From Podarcis bocagei (lineage: Eukaryota), in the NCBI GenBank assembly GCA_964188305.1, contig OZ076889.1: a stretch of DNA of 64,000 bases; one strand, given 5' to 3'. Position 1 is the first letter of the stretch; every line of letters starts with the position of its first letter. The translations under genes were made by a program, and so were the position numbers. The notes under the pieces are model-generated. The model ran no database searches. It had not been told where the DNA came from and saw only the letters and a list, made by a program, of their open reading frames with translations. Shown here piece after piece: positions 1 through 11,849 of the stretch.

Positions 1-270
1 CACCCTCTGTCCCCGACCAGAGAGAAACGAGCGCAGCCATTGAAGGACTGTGCCCTGGATCCCCACGTCGGCAAGGCGGTGGTCCAGGAGTTCGTGATCG
101 ACCATGTCAAAGGCTGCTGACAGATCTAGAAGAATCAGCAGCCCTGACCCGCCTCGATCCAGCTGCCTGCGGAGATCATCTGTTAGGGCGACCAGAGCCG
201 TCTCGGTCCCATGACCAGCGCGGAAGCCGGACTGGAATGGGTCCAGAGCAGATGTTTCATCCAGAAACCT
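1..270 (-). mobile_element. L2-clade LINE, 5'-truncated, reverse transcriptase fragment; continues off the left edge
   Basis: The reverse complement reads without stops RFLDETSALDPFQSGFRAGHGTETALVALTDDLRRQLDRGGSGLLILLDLSAAFDMVDHELL...LQWLRSFLSGRGQRV, with the non-LTR RT motifs QSGFR, TETAL and LLDLSAAFD. CpG-rich, so probably young. Confidence 0.9.
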
Positions 271-514
271 ACCATGTCAATTCATTGATGAATTGACGAA
301 TTGATGAATTGACATTCATTGATGTCAATGAATGTCCATTTACTCTGCGGAAGAGTGTGGTATGGTTTCTATCACCCTTCTCGGTTGTTGTCTCCATCGT
401 GATACATGCATTTATTTTGTTTTGCAGGAAGTCCATTAATCAACTAGTCCTGAGAGATAGCAACTTGCTGTGCTGGGTTCAGTTGTGCTTAACTTGTAAG
501 ACTTGTTTTTGCAG

Positions 515-705
515 CATGCCCAAGCATCGCATTGGAACCAAACGGCACCGCGTCTGCTTAGAGGTTCCTCATGAGGTGAGCCAAAGTGAGGCCTTTCCCA
601 AAGAAGAGCTGGGTTCAGTGCAGTTTGACATGGAAGTGGCAGAACCGCCTGTTGGACCTGCTAGAGAGCCTGTGCTACAAGGGGACCAAGGGCTTGCACC
701 CCCAG
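515..705 (+). CDS. KDM4A: KDM4A exon 10 (linker after JmjC)
   Basis: tttttgcag|C...CCAG|gtaac. Encodes MPKHRIGTKRHRVCLEVPHEVSQSEAFPKEEL, matching KDM4A KHRIGTKRHRVCLEIPQEVSQSE. 191 nt, phase 2 to 1. Confidence 0.93.
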
Positions 706-924
706 GTAACTGCTTCAAGGTCTTGCTCCATTGCACTATCCCATCAGCGTGTACCATGTTGCTGCGGTTTTATTCATACTGTTACTCTGGTGCCATGTAC
801 CAGGTGCAACACACATTAGATTGAAAAGGGCTACTGTTTCTGCATTACATGCAGAAATCTAGGCAGTAAATTAGCACAACCTTTAAATCTAACTACAAAA
901 TACATGCTCAAAGAAGCTGGGGCA

Positions 925-1195
925 ATCACAGAGAAAGTAGATGGGTTCTTTGCAGTAATGTTCACCTTAAGTTATTCAGAGTCATTTGACAAAAGAAGTC
1001 CAATACTACCGTGTCATTAAAAGCTTTTAGAACAAATTAATAAAGTGAATAGCGGTTAGCCCCCATATCAAGAGGTGTTCATCTGAAAGTTGTAAAGGAA
1101 CTGATACAGAATTGCCAAATGGTTCATTGTGGTAACAATAAATTGCCTATTGTTAACTTCCTTAGAAGGTAGCTAATATGTAGTGTTTAAAAGAT
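925..1195 (+). mobile_element. Highly decayed CR1 LINE ORF2 fragment
   Basis: Broken translation LEQINKVNS...GVHLKVVKEL...VAN resembles CR1 LEQIDKLNSNKSPGPDGIHPRVLKEL...VANV. Contains stops and frameshifts. Confidence 0.5.
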
Positions 1196-1539
1196 TTGAA
1201 ATAGATTGGGAATGTGCGCTGGGACATGCTAGTAGGGATAATATGTGTCCCCTCCCTCTTCCCTTAATGTTGAGTTTTAACATTATACAGGTGGAGAATT
1301 CAAAATGGACAATAACATTTTTTTGAAAAAATGCTTATGAAATGTGCAAGCATGCATGCTGAGAAATGGTGGGGTGGTGATGACACTGAGCTAGAATGTT
1401 TTCTTGGTGTTTGAAGTCTTGGAATAAAAAGGTTGCTGGGGCACTGCTGACATAGCCAGGATCACCTCTGGAAGCCTCACTTGGAATTTGTCTCATTTGG
1501 CAGTTACTAATGAGTGCTTTAAACCTTGCTTTGGTCCAG

Positions 1540-1892
1540 AATATGCAGATTCCTCGGAAGTAAAATTCGAAGAACTGAAAAATGTCAAACTAGAAGAGGA
1601 AGAGCCAGACGCAGCTGTTTTGGATCTTTCCATCTCTCATTCTGTGACTTCAGCCTTGACCCAGTCAGCCATGAAGCAGAGTTCAGCCTCCAGCTCTCAG
1701 TCTGGCTCTTCAATGTGTTCAAGTTCTTCAGATTCTGAATTTCCTGACTTCCCCAGGCAGGCTCTTGAGCAAACTGAAGTTCTCACAGTGCACAGTTATG
1801 CTAAAGAAGAAGTCGGTGGCATGGACAGTGAGCAGCCCTCTGGAAAAAAAGCCAGTGCTACTACCCGTGTGAATGAACAGGAACTTGCAAAA
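1540..1892 (+). CDS. KDM4A: KDM4A exon 11
   Basis: ggtccag|AATATGCA...GCAAAA|gtaatt. Encodes EVKFEELKNVKLEEE and LTVHSYAK as in KDM4A. 353 nt, phase 1 to 0. Confidence 0.93.
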
Positions 1893-2457
1893 GTAATTGG
1901 AAGATTAGTATTGGGATTGCATTACAAGAGCAGTCTTGCTGTAGCATATGCTGCAAGCAGACTAATGATCAGTGATATCTAAATTGTATGAATTGTGTAA
2001 TAGATCAGGCTTGACCTTAAGACTGGTCTTCTTTTATGTAATGTGATGTCAGCTGGATCCTTGTAGTGTTTTGCTAGTACAAGCATAAGCTAGATGTTAA
2101 ATAGGTGTGCATTTGTGCTAGGACTGTGTTTTCTGCTTTGGGCACCAAGTAACTCTAGATGTCCAAAAGCTAAATATTTGCACCTCTGGTTTTTAAGACA
2201 TGAGTACTTTCTCCGAGTGAAACTCTTGTATGTCATGGAACATAAGCCACAAAACAAACAAGCTGTTTTCACTTTCAGACTCTGTCCTGTAGCTTGATAC
2301 AGCAAAAGCATTTTGCAGATTTCGGCTTTTCTCTCTCTTCTTCCTGACTTCAGTTCTGAAAATTCTCCCCCACCCCCGCGACGCGCAATCTGTTTATGTT
2401 GTGCTGCATCTGTTGTCTTTGAAGAGATGTCCACTGACCTACCTCTGTCTTTTCCAG

Positions 2458-2578
2458 ATGGCGAAGGAGTACATCAGATCAGTAAAAGACCGTAAAAAAT
2501 CAAAAGGGCGTCGCCAGCCCCTGAGCAAACTACCACGCCATCACCCACTTCTGGTTAAAGATGGCCTCAGTGATGATG
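2458..2578 (+). CDS. KDM4A: KDM4A exon 12
   Basis: tttccag|ATGGCG...GATG|gtaag. Encodes KKSKGRRQPLSKLPRHHPL. 121 nt. Confidence 0.95.
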
Positions 2579-3428
2579 GTAAGTTCAGTGTTGTTTCCTT
2601 ACCGCAATAGAGGTCTGTTGTGGATGCTAGTGAGGATTGGGGATTCCCAAATGTGTGCCCTTGTGCAATTGCTGGGCAGACACATTTTTTTTGATTTTTT
2701 AAAGGTGTGCGTATTGCTCACTTGTTTCCTACATGCATGCCACATTTGTGCAAAACGAACACATTTGAATGAATGAATTGGAAGGCAGGGACAAAGACAA
2801 AGGGGAATGCGTACTGGCATGGATGGAAGCAAGCAGATTTTGTCTCCAACTGCAATGTGTGTATATGTGGACTAATGAAGTAAAATTTGAACGGAGAAAA
2901 AGTGGATTCCAAACGAAATCCCTGCCCCCACGTTATTCCTTGAAATATGTCCTCTTACTCATTTCTGGAATATTTTGATTAATAATTCCTGAGAAGATGC
3001 AATGCGTGGCTTACTGAACTAGAATTACTCTGGCATTGAATTTTCAGCCAGCAAGTTAGGGGCAGGTACAGGGCTTTGATCTGTTTTGGTTCCTAAAATT
3101 CAACACACTTTTTGTATCTATTTACATTTAGTGCGTACTGTGTTACTTCCCATAAATTAAATAGGCTTGAGGATCATCATGCTAGAGCTTCCACTATTGC
3201 ACCACATGTGTGAGAACCATGCTTGTAATTGCTGCTGGTGAAGCAAACTTTCAGCAGGACTGGGCAGTTGTACACTTTTGGGGACAGTGAGACCAGTGTC
3301 GTTTGGTAGTACTTGTGAAGTGGGTCAAATCATTAAGGAATTTTCCAGCAATCTATAAGTCCCTTGACTTGGCTATTTTGCAGCTCAGGTTTGTAAGCTT
3401 TGAAAGACCCCTGTGTATCTTATTGCAG

Positions 3429-3607
3429 AGATGTCAGAGCAGCTGGCACCAGATGAAGAAACTGAGGAGATAGAAGCATGGGCAAAGCCACTCGGCCAAC
3501 TATGGCAGAATCGCCCTCCAAACTTTGAGGCAGAAAAGGAGTACAACTCAGCCATGGCTCAGCAAGCCCCCTATTGTGCAGTCTGCATGCTGTTCCAAAC
3601 CTACCAG
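3429..3607 (+). CDS. KDM4A: KDM4A exon 13
   Basis: ttgcag|AGATG...TACCAG|gtaag. Encodes EAWAKPLGQLWQNRPPNFEAEKEYN...CAVCMLFQTYQ. 179 nt. Confidence 0.95.
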
Positions 3608-3786
3608 GTAAGCAGACCAAATCTTTTAGAGGTCTTTGTAGTGCACCAGTGCTGAGAGAAAATAGCCAAGGATATAATAAAAACTAGGTTGTGGACATTG
3701 AACACCAGGAACTAACAGCAGCAGCAGAGAAAACATGTTTCCCTCTTAACTTTCAACTTTCTTGGGCATACAAAATTAACCACAAT

Positions 3787-4158
3787 CAGGGACGCGGACT
3801 TAGAAAAAATATTGGGGGGGCCCGGGAAAGCTCATGAATAATAAATAAGCTCATGAATATGCAAATAAAGTGGCTCCGGCCCTAAATAGGGCAAGCCACG
3901 CCCCCCCAGCCAGCCGATTGGCTGGCTGGGAGGTGTGGCCAGTCGGGATTCCCCTGTTCTCGCGGGATTTCCGGCAGTGCCTCCGATTAGGGCGCGCGGC
4001 TGGCTGGCTGGCTGGCGAAGGAGCAGGTGAGGAGGAGGCGGGCGACGGCGCTCTGCTGAAAGGGCGCCTGCCCGAGATTATTGGGGGGGCTGAGCCCCCC
4101 CAAAAAATTTTTTGAGGGGGCTCGAGCCCCCTCAAGCCCCATGGAGTCGGCGCCTATG
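3787..4158. mobile_element. Non-autonomous hAT-type DNA transposon (MITE) with GC/CpG-rich interior
   Basis: Perfect 8-bp TSD ACCACAAT (3779-3786 and 4159-4166). Imperfect terminal inverted repeats CAGGGACGCGGACT and CATAGGCGCCGACT. Confidence 0.85.
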
Positions 4159-5484
4159 ACCACAATTATATTGAATTTTTGCTTAATCCTCAAGAAAGAA
4201 GGGCATTTTCGCTGGCCAGGTTTAATTCAGATCCTTCAAACCTCCTATGGGGAAGGTTCTTGGGAATGGTGGAAGGAGAAAGAATCTGCCCATGTGAAGA
4301 CCATCAGGTGGAAACTCTTACACATATGGTTCTTAAATGTAAACTATATATTGATCTCCGCCAGCAGTTCCTAGATCAACTCTGCATCCCCAAATGGAAA
4401 CCAGAGTTTCATACATTTTCTATTATTGGGGAATAATCAGGAGCTTACCAAGTTAGTGGCTAAATACCTTTATCTGGGTTTTTTGTCATCAAAACACATT
4501 GCAGACATCTGATCTAACTGGAGACCTAGAGATCTAATGTTAGACTGCTTTGCCGCTTTCATTTGACAAATGTTTTGTGTCACTGGAAAGGCGGGAATTC
4601 TGTATTGATTTGCTATGGATGTTTGTATGTGATGCCAATAAGAGGTTTGATGATGATTAGTGAAATATATATAAAGCACAGTTTTAATGGATACAGTTTT
4701 CAAGAATGCCCTTTTAAAAGTGCTTGAAATGTGTCTGAATAATTTGCATGCATCTTAAAAGGCATGTACCATTTTGTATCTGTTGTTTGATCTTAATTCT
4801 GTTGTACAGTAACATTTTATTGGTTGTGCAGTTTGTTTGGTGGTCTTTTTTCTTAAACAAGGAAGAGTTCACTAAGCCTTCCCTTCAATATTACCTTGCA
4901 GAGTTTGCTTCCATAGAGAGTTACTTGTGAAAATGCTGCGGGGTATGGGTCTCTTTAAATCAACACCTTCCATTTAGCTTCTCTGAGCCAAATCTATTAG
5001 AAACCTCTGTAGCAGTTTGATGTGACCCAGGAAGCATTGAATATGGAGCAAGATAATAAAACAGAATGGGTACTATAATGGGATTGCAGTACAAGATAAC
5101 TGAGGTCTAATTTAGCCTGTCCTCGATCTTGGCACATGATTACTTGTTTAATTTGTTTAAATTATTTAAAATTATGCCCTCACATTTGTACTTTGGTCTG
5201 ACAGCAAGTTGGCTTACTGGGTTGTGGGGGGGGGGTGTCAGTAATATTTAGTGTTTCTTTCTCACTAGGGAGTTCTAAATCTACATCTGATTTGTCACTA
5301 ACCTTGTCATTGGCTGTGTTACTTGTCTGTTTAAGACTAGAGTATTGTAGTTCTTGTGTTTGGACAGGACTGTACCTGATAGGTAGCGTACTGAATGAGT
5401 AGGTGGCCTTTGTTATTACCTACACTCTTAACTGCCTTTCCAAACTGGTGTCCTATTAAATTACTCTTTTTCCTCCTCTCACAG

Positions 5485-5680
5485 GCAGATTGTGGAGGCC
5501 AGAGCTCGCAGGCAGCTCCAGATGCTGATGGAAAGATGAGAACTAAGCCCCTGATTCCTGAGATGTGCTTTACTACCACTGGCTGCAGCACAGATGTCAG
5601 CCTCTCCACTCCGTACTTGGAGGAAGATGGCACCAGTCTTCTGGTCACTTGCAAACAGTGTCAAGTTCGAGTACATGCCA
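5485..5680 (+). CDS. KDM4A: KDM4A exon 14 (start of PHD1)
   Basis: ctcacag|GCAGAT...GCCA|gtgagt. Encodes RTKPLIPEMCFTTTGCSTDVSLSTPYLEEDGTSLLVTCKQCQVRVHA. 196 nt. Confidence 0.95.
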
Positions 5681-6823
5681 GTGAGTACTAAATATCCTGG
5701 GTGTGATCCTGTGCTATGATATTAAATGCTGTCCCTCCATTTTACTCTGTTTTAAAAAGGGAAAGATGGACCTGTGGTAACTCACTGCTACTTTTTTTAT
5801 ATATAAAAAAAGGGGAAGGATGCAGAAAAATATTATTGAGCTGCCTTCTGGGAACTACCTTGATTTGTACAGAGAATAAAATGAACAAGTGCATGGAATA
5901 CCTTGCATTAGTGTGAATTAGCTAAGAAATGAACAGGAAATCTAATCTGTGCACATAGTAGAACTAGAGCATGCCAAAGAAATTATGCAGCAGATTAAAA
6001 AAAGCATACAGAAAGCATTTGCACACCACACGTAGTGGAACTGTGAAATTCTTCCACTTGAAAGTTTGTATAAGAGTTCATTAAAAAAAGACAGCAAATG
6101 ATCAATAGGAATATCAGCTGCTATTAGGATTGCCACAATAAATTGTCTACATAATGTTTTGGGTATTCTTAACACTTCCGGTCTCTAGCTATTTATAGTG
6201 AGAAAACTAAATCTGGTTAGTTACCCTGTTTTAATAATTTAGCCCCTCATTCCTAACAGTGACCAGAGTCAGGATCTGAAAACCCACCTACCCCTACCCC
6301 CATGACTGTTCTTAGGTAAATCATGAAGAAATGTGGGTATTCCCATTTTGAAATAAAATATGAAAAGCGTGTAAGAGGCTCAGTGCTATTGTTAGATATG
6401 TATTACTATGATTTGAATGGGTGATGGAATGGTTAGTCTAAAGTCCGCTCATGTTCTGGTGTTGTCTATTTCTTCTCCCTCTGGTCTGAATGCCATACTG
6501 TTGTTTTCGGGGATGCAACTGCCGTATTCAGCTATGCAGTGATTAATTCTATCAGTAAATAAAGTTACTGAAGCAGGAAGAGTAGAGTCTGAAAAAGCTT
6601 GCCAGTTTAGTTATATGCTGCTGCTTCACAGTGAGCTGTGCCCAAAGAAATTTACAACATAAATCAATCTATCAAAGTACAAAAAAGAAAGGGGGAGAAA
6701 TCAGTTTACAAACCTACCAATAAATCCAAATAGGATAAAATCAATAATTCAGAAAACATTGAAGAAATAAATAATCTAGATTTAACTTACATTTTGCTCC
6801 ATATTTATGTATTAATGGACAAT

Positions 6824-6825
<2 letters not shown>

Positions 6826-6879
<54 letters not shown>
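6826..6879. repeat. Compound (CA)n(TA)n microsatellite
   Basis: Read directly; about 50 bp upstream of exon 15. Confidence 0.95.
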
Positions 6880-6930
6880 GAATGAGAAAAAATGCTTCTC
6901 CTGTTGAAGTTGTATGTTCATTTGTGTTAG

Positions 6931-7007
6931 GTTGTTATGGAGTAGCCCCTGCGAAAGCAACTGAGGACTGGAAGTGCTCTAGATGCAAAGCTAATGCCTT
7001 AGAAGAG
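6931..7007 (+). CDS. KDM4A: KDM4A exon 15
   Basis: gtgttag|GTTGTTAT...GAAGAG|gtaag. Encodes CYGVAPAKATEDWKCSRCKANALEE. 77 nt. Confidence 0.95.
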
Positions 7008-7830
7008 GTAAGAAAATCTTGAATGTCATACCTTTTGCTTAAAAACTCTTGTGTATATGTGTGGGCCTTGACTCAATGCTACTGGGATAGCTTTTGGAAT
7101 TCTATACATGAAAATGTTCTATTGAAATGTAAATAATATTGTGAGCTAGTTTCTGTTATGAAAATGCTTCCTGGAATAGTCTCAAAGGAAAATGGAAGGT
7201 TGGCTTACTGAAATATATAGGCAATGACTGTTTTAGGTGTGTGCAATTGATGCATGACTGTGCATGCACGTATCATGCTGTCCCCAAAAGTGGCTGGAAA
7301 AGGGAGTGGAGCGGAGCTGGTTGTGCTTACATGCACTCCGCTGCTGCCCACGGGGGGTCAAGAACGTAACACCCACACAAAGCAGTCAGTCCCTGTATTT
7401 GTGTCTGTGTTTAATGGTAGCCCGTCCATTGAATGCCTCATACTGGAACTGTTACAAAGTGCAAGATTCTTTGAGGTAGCTCTTTTGAAATTTCCCTAAA
7501 GCAGTATGTCAGGTTGCACATTGAGATTCCATGTTAAAATTAATATTTATGGTGCTCATTTGAGAACCATTATCTGGTCTGCTGGTTTAGAGAATTGGGT
7601 CCTGTTTAGTATGTGGCTTATAGGTACTTGAGCTGATAATGGAACTGGTCTGTAAGAGCCACTACCTAACAATTTGGTTAGGATGCTGTATATAGGCTTA
7701 GCATCCAGCTGAATAAGGCAGAGTTCCTGCTTCACCTCCACCTTCAATTTTCATTGGTGTAGGAGGACGTCCTCTTCATTTGTTCTAGAACTCAACCCCA
7801 TTGAGTGCATTCTGCCCAGCATGAGACATA

Positions 7831-8390
7831 CCGTATTTTTCGCTCTATAGGACGCACTTTTTCCCCTTCAAAAATGAAGGGGAAATGTGTGTGCGTCCTA
7901 TGGAGCGAAGACACCATAGCCCCGCGACTCTCTCCCGGCTGGAGAGGTGACGCGCGGCTATGGCAGGAGCCTCTATAGCCGCGCGTCACCTCCCCAGCCA
8001 GGAGAGCGCGCACGGGGCTAAAGAAGCCATAGCCCCGTGACCCTCTCCCGGCTGGAGAGGTGACGCGCGGCTGTGGTAGGAGCCTCTCCGCTGCTCCCTG
8101 ACCTGCTCTTTGGGGCTGGTGGTGGGCTTCCCCCTGAAGCCTGGAGAGTGAGAGGGGTCAGTGCACACCGACCCCTCTCGCTCTCCAGGCTTCCAAGGTA
8201 ACCGCCTGAACGCACCTTAAACGGCACCTTGTTTTAGAGCGGGAAAACAAGAGGGGGAAAGTTCTCCCCCTCTCTGTGCAGCGCCTCCTGCCGCTTCACT
8301 GAAGGGGCGCTGGGCAGAGAGGGGGAGAAATTTTTTTTCTTGTTCTCCCCCCTCTAAAACAAAGTGCGTCCTATGGTGCGAAAAATACGG
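7831..8390. mobile_element. Tc1/mariner-superfamily MITE (Tc2-like termini)
   Basis: TA|CCGTATTTTTCGCTCTATAGGACGCAC ... GTGCGTCCTATGGTGCGAAAAATACGG|TA: TA TSD and about 27-bp inverted repeats. Confidence 0.9.
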
Positions 8391-8633
8391 TATGTTAAGC
8401 CCTTCATTTCTGCAGGTTTCTAGTAGAATTGGTTTGACTTCTCTTCCGCTTTAGTATGCTAGCTTGACAAAAGTGGTTAATGCAATAAAAAGAGAGAGAT
8501 AAGCTTGTACAGTCTGCAGGACTGAGCAGTTTGTGTGTTTGAGAAAGATAGGAAGGTTCTGTCACAAGGATGAAAGTGAGAATTTCTTCATTTCTTCTGT
8601 TTTGGTAACATGGCTTTTTTCCTTACCTGTCAG

Positions 8634-8689
8634 GATTGCTGTTTGTGCTCACTTCGGGGAGGTGCACTTCAAAAAGCCAATGATAACAA
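8634..8689 (+). CDS. KDM4A: KDM4A exon 16 (Zn knuckle)
   Basis: ctgtcag|GATTGC...AACAA|gtgagt. Encodes DCCLCSLRGGALQKANDN. 56 nt. Confidence 0.95.
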
Positions 8690-8717
8690 GTGAGTACTTG
8701 GGTAACTGAATATGGAA

Positions 8718-9085
8718 GGGATGCAGGTGGCGCTGTGGTCTAAACCACTGAGCCTAGGGCTTGCCAATTGGAAGGTTGGTGGTTCGAATCCCCACGACAG
8801 GATGAGCTCCCGTTGCTCAGTCCCAGCTCCTGCCAACCTAGCAGTTCGAAAGCACACCAGTGCAAGTAGATAAATAGGTACTGCTGTGGCGGGAAGGTAA
8901 ACGGCATTTCCGTGCACTGCTCTGGTTTCGCCAGAAGCGGCTTAGTCATGCTGGCCACATGACCCAGAAAAACTGTCTGTGGACCAATGCCGGCTCCCTC
9001 GGCCAGTAAAGTGAGATGAGCACCGCAACCCCAGAGTCGTTCGCGACTGGACCTAACTGTCAGGGATTCCTTTACCTTTACCTTT
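8718..9085 (+). mobile_element. Full-length Sauria SINE
   Basis: tRNA-like head with A box (GGTGGCGCTGTGG) and B box GGTTCGAATCC (8781-8791), (ACCTTT)n tail, and 23-bp TSD at 8695-8717 and 9086-9108. Confidence 0.92.
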
Positions 9086-9335
9086 TACTTGGGTAACCGA
9101 ATATGGAAGGTCTTTTTTCCTAAAATGTGTCAATAATTCACTTAACTTGAAGCAACAGATCTGGGAATTACGAGTTCCTGTTTGGTGCAAAGTGGGTTGA
9201 GAGGAAGCACATTTGCTTACCTAACCTTTGTACAAGGCAGGGGTGGGTGTAGGTTTGTTGGTTTCAGATGCATCATTGCCTGCAGCCCATCTTTTATAAG
9301 CATGTGCTAACACTCCATCTTCTGATGTTGTTCAG

Positions 9336-9444
9336 GTGGGTTCATGTTATGTGTGCTGTGGCAGTTCTGGAGGCTAAGTTTGTGAACATCGCAGAACGCA
9401 GTCCAGTGGATGTCAGTAAAATACCACTGCAGCGCTTCCGGCTG
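9336..9444 (+). CDS. KDM4A: KDM4A exon 17
   Basis: gttcag|GTGGGTTCAT...CGGCTG|gtaag. Encodes [36 protein letters not shown]. 109 nt. Confidence 0.96.
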
Positions 9445-11849
9445 GTAAGAAGGCAGATTGTTTTGTTCCTTTGAAGTGATCAATAATCCCAGCATATGCT
9501 TTTTGATTATTCTTCCATCAACATTCTGATAAAGGATGTAAAATAAGGTTGTTCAAATCAATAAGATAAATGAAGCTGGAGTGTGATTAGAAGCAGAAGC
9601 AATTGTACAGGTGTAAAGTAGAACACATAACCTGTATACTGTAACTTCTAAGCACTTCATATACGTTGTTCCAGTGCTCTGTACAGCAGCCCTATAAGTT
9701 AATTATATTGTATTATGTTGCAGATAGCAACTTAAAGCTGGAATTATAGCTTGCCAAAGGCCACTAAGTGAACGAATAGCTATAACTATTTGTTTTCTGC
9801 ATTTACATCCTGCTCTTTTCCCATGAAACTACTAATTCCAAAGCCCTTCCCACCAACTTTTAGTCAATAGTATTCACCTTGCTCCTGCTTGCAAGATGGA
9901 CACATCTTTCCTAGATGTGTAATTATGAGGGGTTGAGAGACCCAAAAGCCTACTAGATACAAGAGATTAGAGGGCACTGAAATGCCAACAGCACTGGTCA
10001 TACTAGTTGTCAGGTTGAACACACCAGTTGCATTATAATGAGAGAGCAGACTGCTTATGCTGCAGAGAAAGATGGGGAAAGTAAACTATCCCAAGGAAAT
10101 GGGCCATTATTCTCCTGCATCCTATGTATGGTGTGCGGTTAACAGCCCTTTTCATCAGCAAGCAGTGTTGCATTACATTTTGTTCTAAATTACCTTGAGC
10201 ATAGCAGGGGAAATTTACAAAGCAATATGGCATAGACTACCTGCAGCTAACTAAACAGCATGAGTTCTCTATTATTCTTCACAAGGTTCTAGAGTAGCAG
10301 TGTTCATTTGTGGAAAGTGCAGTACTGTATTTACTTGCTGGAGATCAGTAAGTGCATTGACATTTTAAAAATGAAACATAAAGCCTATAATAAAACACAA
10401 ATCAGAACTGACAGACCTATTGAAAATAGGAATTTATCACATCTGAACCCAAACCCTCTCATCTACTTCTCACTTGAAAGAATGCAGATGACTTCTTTTT
10501 TAAAGAGCATAGGAAAATTCAGAGAACAAATTCTGAAGGGAAAAGATGTTCTTTTCCACTGAGATAGTAATTGTTATACCTCCTCTCTGTGAAAGGAGAC
10601 CAGTAATTAATTAGGGAGAGGACAAGGGATAAGCATTCATTGCTCATTTTTATAGTAAAGATGAATGAATAAGCTATTCACTGGCAGTTGGCTAAGGACA
10701 CAGCAAGTAAAACCCAGCTGTAGTTTTTTATGGAATACAAGTGTCCCTGCCTAGCTCAAGAGTCTGTCATCATCATCATTATCATTATTAAGAGATATAT
10801 TGCTATTCATCAAACGATCTCCGGGCAGTTCACAAGATAAAAATACAAGATAAAAACCCATGGAAACTTGAGCCAGATAAATGACATACTGTCAGGTTAG
10901 GGCTGCAGGTCTTCTACACTTCCACAACTTTTGAGACTGGGTAAGCAGAGGCAAAGGTGGGGACAGCATTGATAATTTAGTCACACTTCTCCTTAAGAGA
11001 TTTTCCTGCTACCCTCTTGATATTACAGTAGCTCCCTCTCACTCAAAGTATGTCTCAAATTTAGTGTGCTGTTTTCAGGGTAGTGTGGTGATATGAACAT
11101 AATTCATGACTTGTTTTTATTTATGCTTTGGAAAAGCCTTTGTGTTTTGTTCCCACCATGCCTTCATCTCAGTCTTTCATATTACTGTACAGTTAGAATG
11201 GGTATCATAGTCCATTAACTGTTGCCCATTTATCTTATATTTTGAATAACCTGCTTTTGTTGTCAGGTATTTCATGTTTTTCAGCTGATGTTGTACAGCT
11301 AGGTTGGCACTCTTGTTTATGTACTAGTTCAAAGTCCTGTGCTCTAAATGAGATGCTTGTTCTTTGTCATTTGGGTATTAGACTTTTGGGCATATCAGAT
11401 ATGACATGAGAGCAGGGATATTGGAGGCACCATTCTTGATAATTTCTCAGCAATTATTTGAGGAAGGGAAAGCCCTGTAAGAATTGTGAGGAGACTGCCA
11501 GGGAGGGACAGCTAATTGATAAGCCAGTAAAAATGATTCATGAGGAGTTTAATGGTCCATCCATTTTTGTGACAAACCCTTGAACAAAAGTTGATGTACT
11601 ACAAAGCTCACATACATAGGTAAGCATAAGATGCAAATGGTTAACATTTATATGGAATTTGGAGATATCCACAACATTTGAAAAACTATCTCAATATTTC
11701 TAAATCAGTCCTATATAAAGTGTGCTTATTTCAGTACCTAAACTTTAAAAATGTAGCATCCAAGCCAGATTTGAAGCTGATATGACTCACAGTCTTTTCT
11801 GGTTGTCATGTTCCTTGAATCTGTTGACCCTAAACTGGTTTGTTCACAG

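Noticed and set aside
309-824. 171-aa ORF as a standalone gene
   Set aside because: Only 515-705 is coding (KDM4A exon 10); the rest is intronic read-through. The same applies to the ORFs at 1488, 2401, 3413, 5395, 9268 and 11808.
8718-8800. tRNA gene
   Set aside because: The A and B boxes belong to a SINE head with body, tail and TSD. The same applies at 38717.
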